The notes under the pieces are model-generated. The model made no database searches, was not told the DNA's origin, and worked only from the letters and a program-made list of their open reading frames with translations. The position numbers and the translations under genes were made by a program. Positions 58,043 to 64,000 of a DNA stretch of 64,000 nucleotides are shown here, piece by piece. The stretch lies in assembly GCA_900771425.1 (NCBI GenBank), contig CAAGNV010000032.1, positions 882 to 64,881 of the forward strand, in the 5' to 3' direction. This DNA comes from Bacteroidaceae bacterium (GTDB lineage Bacteria > Bacteroidota > Bacteroidia > Bacteroidales > Bacteroidaceae). How positions within the stretch are numbered: the first letter of the stretch is position 1; every line of letters starts with the position of its first letter.

Positions 58043-58080
58043 ATATTATATAAGACGGCTTATGTATGTCTCTTATATGT

Positions 58081-58425
58081 TTACTTTACCTTTTCTACAA
58101 CAGCCTTGAATGCTGCAGGGTTGTTGAGTGCAAGGTTAGCAAGTGTCTTGCGGTTGATTTCGATTCCAGCCTTGTGGAGAGCGCCCATAAGCTGTGAGTA
58201 GCTCATTCCTTCGAGGCGTGCAGCTGCGTTGATACGCTGAATCCACAATGCGCGGAATTCACGCTTCTTGCGACGGCGGCTTACGAATGCATAAGTCAAA
58301 CCTTTTTCATAGGCGTTCTTGGCAACGGTCCAAACGTTCTTGCGTGCTCCGAACTGGCCTTTAACTTGCTTTAAAATCTTCTTTCTACGTGCACGTGATG
58401 CTACGTGGTTAACTGATCTTGGCAT
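58081..58425 (-). CDS. rplT: 50S ribosomal protein L20
   Basis: 114 aa: [30 protein letters not shown]. Confidence 0.95.
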   Translation of the reverse strand: MPRSVNHVASRARRKKILKQVKGQFGARKNVWTVAKNAYEKGLTYAFVSRRRKKREFRALWIQRINAAARLEGMSYSQLMGALHKAGIEINRKTLANLALNNPAAFKAVVEKVK

Positions 58426-58549
58426 AATTTTTTCTTTTTTCGAATGTTAGCGGTGAAGTGTCGTTGTGTTCACTCTTTTGGGGCTAATCATTCAGTTAAA
58501 CATTTGTTAATTGTTTTTGTTTCTGACTTTACAAGTTAACTATCGGCAG

Positions 58550-58747
58550 TTAACGGAGGCAGAGAAGGTCGCGTACTTGCTTTCTGTTTGCTGGAACTAC
58601 GATTGCAGAGTGGTCGAGGTTTCTCTTCTGCTTCTTTGTCTTCTTTGTCAGAATGTGGCTATGATAAGCGTGCTGACGCTTGATCTTGCCTGTGCCAGTG
58701 AGCTTGAAACGCTTCTTGGCAGCTGAATTGGTCTTTACTTTTGGCAT
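58550..58747 (-). CDS. rpmI: 50S ribosomal protein L35
   Basis: 65 aa: [36 protein letters not shown]. Confidence 0.93.
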   Translation of the reverse strand: MPKVKTNSAAKKRFKLTGTGKIKRQHAYHSHILTKKTKKQKRNLDHSAIVVPANRKQVRDLLCLR

Positions 58748-58810
58748 TTTTTTGTTTGTTATTTGTTATTAATGTTCGGCGGCAACGTATATACCACGAC
58801 GTTACGCACC

Positions 58811-59416
58811 TTATTCTTTGTCTGTTGCTTCGGCTGCAGGAGCTGGTGCAGCTGCTGGTTTTGCCTCTTCTTTCTTTTCCTTCTTTGCCTGTCCTGGTTT
58901 CTTTGGTGCAAGCATGATAATCATCTTCTTGCCTTCCATGTTTGGCATTGACTCGACCTTGGCGATTTCTTCGAGGTCGTTTGCAAAGCGGAGAAGCAGC
59001 ACTTCGCCTTGTTCTTTGAAGACGATTGAGCGTCCCTTGAAGAATACATAGGCTTTTACTTTGTTGCCATCTTTAAGGAATTCCTGTGCATGCTTGAGCT
59101 TGAATGCGTAGTCGGCTTCTGCTGTCTGCGGCCCGAAACGGATTTCCTTTACTTCGATCTTCACTTGCTTTGCCTTCATCTCCTTGGCTTTCTTCTTCTG
59201 CTGATAGAGGAATTTGCTGTAGTCGATGAGTCGGCAAACTGGCGGTTGTGCATTAGGTGAGATTTCTACGAGGTCAACTTCCATCTGCTCTGCTAACTGT
59301 AATGCTTCGCGTGTTGGTAGCACCTTTGACTCTATTCCGTCACCTACGATGCGGACTTCGCGTACTCGAATCTGTTCGTTGACACGGTACTGCTGTTTGT
59401 TGTTGTCACCTTTCAT
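58811..59416 (-). CDS. infC: translation initiation factor IF-3 with Lys/Ala/Pro-rich C-terminal tail
   Basis: [17 protein letters not shown] and [23 protein letters not shown]. It has an ATG start and a ~30-aa tail [30 protein letters not shown]. Confidence 0.93.
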   Translation of the reverse strand: MKGDNNKQQYRVNEQIRVREVRIVGDGIESKVLPTREALQLAEQMEVDLVEISPNAQPPVCRLIDYSKFLYQQKKKAKEMKAKQVKIEVKEIRFGPQTAEADYAFKLKHAQEFLKDGNKVKAYVFFKGRSIVFKEQGEVLLLRFANDLEEIAKVESMPNMEGKKMIIMLAPKKPGQAKKEKKEEAKPAAAPAPAAEATDKE

Positions 59417-59488
59417 TAATGTGATGGCTACTGGTTGATTGTGCTGTTTGTTTAAGTTTTATATGCTTTGTTTTTTGATTTCAGCGGG

Positions 59489-59496
59489 CAAAGTTA
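59489..59496 (-). promoter_or_regulatory. -7 promoter box (TAACTTTG on minus strand)
   Basis: CAAAGTTA about 73 nt upstream of the infC ATG. Confidence 0.5.
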
Positions 59497-59612
59497 CGAA
59501 TTATTTCATAATGCACAATGACTTATGTGTGATTATTTTTTGATTTTCGCCGTTTTTTCTTGTGTTATTGATAAAAAGTGCGGTTAGTATGGTCTGTTTG
59601 CATTATTATTCG

Positions 59613-59620
59613 TACCTTTG
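59613..59620 (+). promoter_or_regulatory. -7 promoter box TACCTTTG
   Basis: TAnnTTTG match 34 nt upstream of the ATG at 59654. Confidence 0.5.
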
Positions 59621-59653
59621 CTTGCTGAAATTAATGCAAAATTGATTGGTATT

Positions 59654-60616
59654 ATGATGAATAGTATATACAGGGCTTCGTCTTGGATTGCTTCCAATAT
59701 TACGTTGGTGGTAGTGTTGGTAACGGCTTTGGCTCTTGCTTTCCCACCGTCTTTTACATGGATAGGTGGTGGGGCAATAACTCCTATGCTGGGAGTGGTA
59801 ATGTTCGGGATGGGCTTGACGCTGAAACCTAATGACTTCAGACCCGTGCTGATGCGTCCGAAGGACATCATCGTGGGTGAGTTGGCTCAGTTTGTAGTGA
59901 TGCCGGGATTGGGGTGGCTCATCTGTCATGTACTTGACCTGCCGAAAGATCTGGCCTTGGGTGTGATTCTTGTTGGTTGCTGCCCTGGCGGTACTGCTTC
60001 GAATGTGATATGCTATCTGGCAAAGGGCGATGTCGCACTGAGTGTGGCCATGACTGCAGTATCAACCTTGCTGGCTCCGTTGGTTACGCCTGCGCTGGTG
60101 ATGCTGTTGGCAGGCAAATCGATTGACGTCGATGTTGTCGGAATGTTTATGAGCATTGTGCAGGTTGTCATTCTGCCTATAGTGCTTGGCTTCCTTGTCA
60201 GCCATTATTTCAGTAGATTGACTCAGAAGGTAGTGCCGATTCTTCCTATGGTATCTACTCTTGCCATTGCTTTTATCATCGGTATAGTCGTGTCGCTCAA
60301 TGCAAGGAGCATAATGGCGTGCAGCATGATTGTGGCAGTGGCTGTGATACTGCATAACTTGCTTGGACTTCTGCTTGGCTACTTTGCCGGCAAGGCTATG
60401 GGACTTAAATCAGATAAGCGTACTGCAATATCGATTGAGGTCGGCATGCAGAACTCCGGACTTGCTACTTCGTTGGCTGCCACCCATTTTGCAATGTATC
60501 CAATGGCAGCCGTGCCTGGGGCAATGTTCTCTGTCTGGCATAACTTCTCAGGAAGCATTGCCGCTGCTATATTCAGAAGACTAAACAAGAAAGCAGGTTC
60601 TGTAAACAATATATAA
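59654..60616 (+). CDS. bile acid:sodium symporter (BASS) family transporter
   Basis: Start set at MMNSIYRASSW. It has MFGMGLTLKPNDF, GCCPGGTASNV and EVGMQNSGLA motifs. Confidence 0.8.
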   Translation: MMNSIYRASSWIASNITLVVVLVTALALAFPPSFTWIGGGAITPMLGVVMFGMGLTLKPNDFRPVLMRPKDIIVGELAQFVVMPGLGWLICHVLDLPKDLALGVILVGCCPGGTASNVICYLAKGDVALSVAMTAVSTLLAPLVTPALVMLLAGKSIDVDVVGMFMSIVQVVILPIVLGFLVSHYFSRLTQKVVPILPMVSTLAIAFIIGIVVSLNARSIMACSMIVAVAVILHNLLGLLLGYFAGKAMGLKSDKRTAISIEVGMQNSGLATSLAATHFAMYPMAAVPGAMFSVWHNFSGSIAAAIFRRLNKKAGSVNNI

Positions 60617-60680
60617 TGGATTATGACGATTTGTCGCAAAGAGAAATAAACTATATGAATAACATTAACAATAATGAATT

Positions 60681-61058
60681 ATGAGAATCATTGGAAACAT
60701 CTTTTGGCTGCTGTTCGGTGGACTGGAAGCAGCTATAGGTTATTTTACTGGCAGTCTGGCCATGGCTATAACCATCATTGGCATTCCTTGGGCGCTGCAG
60801 ACTTTCAAGATTGGTTTGCTCTGCCTGTGGCCATTTGGAGCAAACATTGAAGAAGATGAGTCTTCGACGGGTTGCATACGCATACCTATGAACATCATTT
60901 GGTTCATCTTCGGCGGTCTTTGGGCATGGATTTGTCATGTGTTCTTTGGCCTGTTGCTTTGCATTACCATTATTGGCATACCTTGGGGAAAGCAACACTT
61001 CAAGTTGGCAAAACTGTCAGTAGCTCCGTTTGGAAAGAAGATTGATTTAAACTTCTAA
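60681..61058 (+). CDS. yccF: YccF-domain inner membrane protein
   Basis: 125 aa with a duplicated NIFWLLFGG...IIGIPW motif. Confidence 0.8.
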   Translation: MRIIGNIFWLLFGGLEAAIGYFTGSLAMAITIIGIPWALQTFKIGLLCLWPFGANIEEDESSTGCIRIPMNIIWFIFGGLWAWICHVFFGLLLCITIIGIPWGKQHFKLAKLSVAPFGKKIDLNF

Positions 61059-61099
61059 ATAATACGAGGGAAACGCACAGGGTGGAACTCTGTGCAAAA

Positions 61100-61873
61100 T
61101 CATATCTTAGCGTGAAATGTGCAGTGTGTTGCATCGAAGTCGATGTACTCGCTGCATATTTCTTTTTGTATGATGCCTTGTTCGCAGAGTTGTTTTGGAG
61201 TGCCTGTTGTCAATTGTGAACAATGGTTCATCAGCCAGATATTATCTGCAGTTTGTAAAGCAAGGTCGATGTCGTGTATGGAAAGTAGTATTGTTTTATG
61301 CATTTCATGAGCTAAACGGCGCAGCAATAGCATAGTATTTACTTTGTTAGGATAATAAAGAAATGCCGTTGGCTCGTCAAGTAAGATGATGGGTGTTTGC
61401 TGTGCTATGGCCTTTGCTATCATGGCTTTCTGGCGTTCGCCGTCGCTCAATGTCTCAATCATGTGATTTGACAAGTGGCTGATGCCTACCATTTCAAGAC
61501 AATCGGTTACAATCATCCTGTCATTTTCATTGAGCCGTCCCCAAAAGCCAGTATGAGGCATACGCCCCATTGCCACGACATCAAAGACGGATAGGTTGTG
61601 TATTTGAGTGTTGTCGGTCAGTACTATACTGATGGTTTTGGACAGTTGGTTAGGCGAAAACGAGGCGATTTCTATGCCGCCGACATATACTTCGCCTTTT
61701 ATGGCCGGTTGAAATCCTGCAATAGTACGTAGTAATGTAGATTTGCCTGCTCCGTTAGGTCCTATTAGGCACGTGAGTTCCCCCTCGCTTAACTTTGCGT
61801 TGAGCGAGGGGCTGATGATTGTGTCATTGCCCGATGCGTGATATCCTGTTGTAAGTTGCCTTAATTCGACCAT
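61100..61873 (-). CDS. ABC transporter ATP-binding protein (iron-siderophore/cobalamin FepC/BtuD-like)
   Basis: Walker A GPNGAGKST, signature LSDGERQ, Walker B ILLDEPT and H-loop SIHD. There is no permease or binding protein in the window. Confidence 0.8.
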   Translation of the reverse strand: MVELRQLTTGYHASGNDTIISPSLNAKLSEGELTCLIGPNGAGKSTLLRTIAGFQPAIKGEVYVGGIEIASFSPNQLSKTISIVLTDNTQIHNLSVFDVVAMGRMPHTGFWGRLNENDRMIVTDCLEMVGISHLSNHMIETLSDGERQKAMIAKAIAQQTPIILLDEPTAFLYYPNKVNTMLLLRRLAHEMHKTILLSIHDIDLALQTADNIWLMNHCSQLTTGTPKQLCEQGIIQKEICSEYIDFDATHCTFHAKI

Positions 61874-61887
61874 TGAGAGTGAAACAG

Positions 61888-62733
61888 TTATATGATTGCT
61901 TTGATGCCATACTTGGCAAATTGTTCAATACATCTTTGTCGTGTAGATTCTGACGGAGTAGCCATCGGTATGTTCGTGGGGTTGTATATTGTACCGAGGC
62001 GTTCGTGCTTTCCCTTGCCAATATCATGGTATGGCAGGAGTTCTATGCGCAATGGCTTTGTAGGTAGTGAAGCGATGAAGACCGCTGTTTGTCCGATATT
62101 TTGCTCATCTGCATTGATGCCTTCGATGAGTGGAACGCGTATCCAGAACGATGTGCCTTTGTCTGCCAAATGCTTTATGTTTGAAAGAATCGTTTCGTTG
62201 GGAACACCTGTATATTTGCTGTGTATTGATGAATCCATGTGCTTTATGTCAATTAGCATCAGTTCACATTCGCTTGCCACTTCGTCAACAACATGCTGAG
62301 GTGCAAATAGTGATGTATCGACACAGCGGTGAAATCCTCTCTTGCCTAACTCCCGCAGTATTTCGATCGTGTCGGCATAGTGCAGCAATGGTTCGCCTCC
62401 ACAAATGGTTACGCCTCCATGATCGCTGTCTTCCATCACTTTGCGCTCTTTTTCAATGACGGTCATCAGTTCGTCCATCGTCCACTGCTTGCCGGCAATC
62501 TGTCGGGCGAGGGTAGGGCACGCTTCAGCTGCTTCCTCATCTGTCAATCCTATACAGGTCTTGCAACCGATGCATTTCTTGCTTGTGAACATCATCTGCG
62601 GTTCGCTGCTGATGCCTTCAGGGTTGTGGCACCATGCACAATGAAGTGGACATCCTTTCATGAATATTGTCGTTCGGATGCCGGGACCATCGTTGATGGC
62701 AAAGCGCTTTATGTCGAACAGCCTAAAACTCAT
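61888..62733 (-). CDS. glycyl-radical enzyme activating protein (radical SAM)
   Basis: ATG at 62733 (MSFRLFDIKRF) preferred to the TTG at 62751. It has the radical-SAM cluster CPLHCAWC and an auxiliary ferredoxin-like CIGCKTC...CP. It overlaps the GRE stop by 11 nt. Confidence 0.85.
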   Translation of the reverse strand: MSFRLFDIKRFAINDGPGIRTTIFMKGCPLHCAWCHNPEGISSEPQMMFTSKKCIGCKTCIGLTDEEAAEACPTLARQIAGKQWTMDELMTVIEKERKVMEDSDHGGVTICGGEPLLHYADTIEILRELGKRGFHRCVDTSLFAPQHVVDEVASECELMLIDIKHMDSSIHSKYTGVPNETILSNIKHLADKGTSFWIRVPLIEGINADEQNIGQTAVFIASLPTKPLRIELLPYHDIGKGKHERLGTIYNPTNIPMATPSESTRQRCIEQFAKYGIKAII

Positions 62734-64000
62734 TGTTTTCAGTGCGGGCAATGATTTCGTTCTGCAGTTGCATGGTCATATCGTTGAAATAATCGCTATA
62801 ACCTGCAACGCGTACAAGTAGGTCGCGATAGTTCTCTGGATGTTGCTGGGCATCAAGCAGGGTATCTGTATCGACTATATTGAATTGAATGTGATGACCA
62901 CCAAGTGAAAAGTATGTGCGGATTAAGGACGCAAGTTTCTTCAAGTCCTCTTCACGCTTCATAAGGTTCGGCACGAAACGTACGTTGAGTAAGGTTCCTC
63001 CTGACTTTGTCTGTTCAAGTTTGCCCAATGACTTGATTACGCTTGTAGGTCCCTGGCAGTCACTTCCGTGTGAAGGACTTGTGCCGTCGCTTATGGCGAA
63101 ATGGGCATGGCGTCCGTTTGGTGTGGCGAGGCATACGCTGCCGAAGTAATTGTGGCATGTGGTCGAGAGCATGTTCAGCTGAGTCTTTCCGCCTCGTGTG
63201 TTTGGATGTCCCTCTATGGCAGTTACAAGGTCGTTGTATATGCGTACGGCAATGTTGTCGGCATAATCGTCGTCATTACCGAAGAATGGAGTGTGGTTGC
63301 GTATATACTGACGCATCTTTTCTTCTCCGTCGAAGTCTTTCGCCATTGCTGCCATCACTTCGTCGAGTGTATAACGATGATCTTCATACACATGCTTCTT
63401 GAGTGCTGTGAAACAGTCGGTCAATGTTCCTAAGCCAGTACATTGTATGTAAGTGGTGTTATAACGTGCTCCGCCAGAATAGTAGTCCTTGCCATTGTGT
63501 ATGCAGTCATCGATGAACAGGCTAAGGAAAGTGGCTGGCGCATAGAGCGAGAACATACGTTCGATGTAGTTGTTGACGGCAAGTTTCATGTTGACGAAAT
63601 GCGTCATTTGTTTGTGCCAAGCTTCGTACAGCTGTTCAAACGAAGTGAACTGACGTGGGTCGCCTGTCTTCAATCCCATTTCCTTGCCAGTGTTTGGGTC
63701 AATACCGTTGTTCAGGGTTATCTCGAGAATCTTTGGTGTGTTGAGGTATCCTGTCAACAGATATGCCTCTTTGCCGAATGCACCCACTTCAATACATCCG
63801 GAGCATCCGCCTTCATTTGCATCTTCCTGTGTCTTGCCTTGACGCATGAGTTCTTTGGTGTAAACGTCAGGGTTGAAAACCGAAGGATATCCAAGTCCTT
63901 GTCGTATTACCTTGCATCCGGCAATAAGAAACTCGTCTGGAGTCTTCTTGCTGATGTGAATGGATAGGCCCGGCTGCAGTTCGTGGAGTTCTTCCTGTAT
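62723..64000 (-). CDS. glycyl-radical enzyme, PFL2 / dehydratase-lyase type, 5'-truncated by window edge
   Basis: The frame is open to nt 64000 (IQEELHELQPGLSIHISKK...GLGYPSVFNPDV). It has the glycyl radical motif RVAGYS (62795-62812) and a Cys loop GGCSGCIE (63788-63805). Confidence 0.85.
   Translation of the reverse strand: MQEELHELQPGLSIHISKKTPDEFLIAGCKVIRQGLGYPSVFNPDVYTKELMRQGKTQEDANEGGCSGCIEVGAFGKEAYLLTGYLNTPKILEITLNNGIDPNTGKEMGLKTGDPRQFTSFEQLYEAWHKQMTHFVNMKLAVNNYIERMFSLYAPATFLSLFIDDCIHNGKDYYSGGARYNTTYIQCTGLGTLTDCFTALKKHVYEDHRYTLDEVMAAMAKDFDGEEKMRQYIRNHTPFFGNDDDYADNIAVRIYNDLVTAIEGHPNTRGGKTQLNMLSTTCHNYFGSVCLATPNGRHAHFAISDGTSPSHGSDCQGPTSVIKSLGKLEQTKSGGTLLNVRFVPNLMKREEDLKKLASLIRTYFSLGGHHIQFNIVDTDTLLDAQQHPENYRDLLVRVAGYSDYFNDMTMQLQNEIIARTENNEF

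Larger units (their letters stand above)
57830..58045 (+). ncRNA. candidate small RNA: -7 box, repeat B copy 2, then terminator; convergent with rplT
   Basis: The architecture is read directly from the sequence, with no coding potential. Transcription is not demonstrated and the ends are approximate. Confidence 0.3.

Noticed and set aside
58426-58549. L20-binding regulatory structure in the rpmI-rplT or infC-rpmI spacers
   Set aside because: I could not find a convincing pseudoknot or stem resembling the known L20 operator by eye. No claim is made.
59422-59432. Recurrence of the heptamer GTGATGG (10111, 15664, 28079 and later, 44316, 47103, 59422) as a shared motif
   Set aside because: A 7-mer is expected about 8 times by chance on both strands of 64 kb. 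Orientation and context are inconsistent apart from the two 22-nt arrays already reported.
61074-61098. Terminator between yccF and the ABC ATPase gene (GCACAG-N9-CTGTGC)
   Set aside because: The stem is only 6 bp and there is no proper T-tract on either strand, which is too weak to call.

Overview
Hand analysis only; no searches or computations were run, and all alignments and counts were done by eye. The window looks like a chromosomal segment of a Bacteroidales genome, probably Prevotella/Segatella-like. Three things support this: about 19 matches to the Bacteroidetes -7 promoter box TAnnTTTG at sensible distances upstream of genes, four proteins ending in T9SS-type C-terminal sorting domains, and the protein families present. 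I call about 52 protein genes and 2 tRNAs (Arg-CCG, Leu-TAA).

Housekeeping genes: dnaX (5'-truncated), purB, asnS, PBP1A, uvrB, ssb, aroC, slyD, leuCD and infC-rpmI-rplT. Kdo/LPS genes: kdsB, kdsD and kdsA. Glycan-degrading genes: two GH2 beta-galactosidases, a GH43-like enzyme, a GH53 galactanase and two SASA-type esterases, with no SusC/D pair in the window. There is also a LacI / kdgK-eda-OPT locus, an ECF sigma/anti-sigma module, and a 5'-truncated glycyl-radical enzyme with its activase at the right edge.

I found no transposase, integrase, CRISPR array, reverse transcriptase, restriction or toxin-antitoxin genes.

Features not explained by ordinary annotation:
1. Structured intergenic repeat families built from 21-22 nt sub-units. 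Family B is the most interesting. Each of its two full copies is preceded by a -7 box, and one copy sits convergent to rplT with a terminator after it, so it may be a small-RNA gene family.
2. A tightly coupled four-gene envelope operon: a polytopic membrane protein, a PD40 lipoprotein with a CXXCH motif, a second lipoprotein and an SGNH hydrolase.
3. Two tandem T9SS-tagged CotH-family (atypical kinase) proteins.
4. An RluB-type pseudouridine synthase with a 117-residue GAR/RGG-like repeat domain.
5. A glycyl-radical enzyme of unassigned substrate with an orphan ABC ATPase.

All functional interpretations are inference from motifs I recognise.
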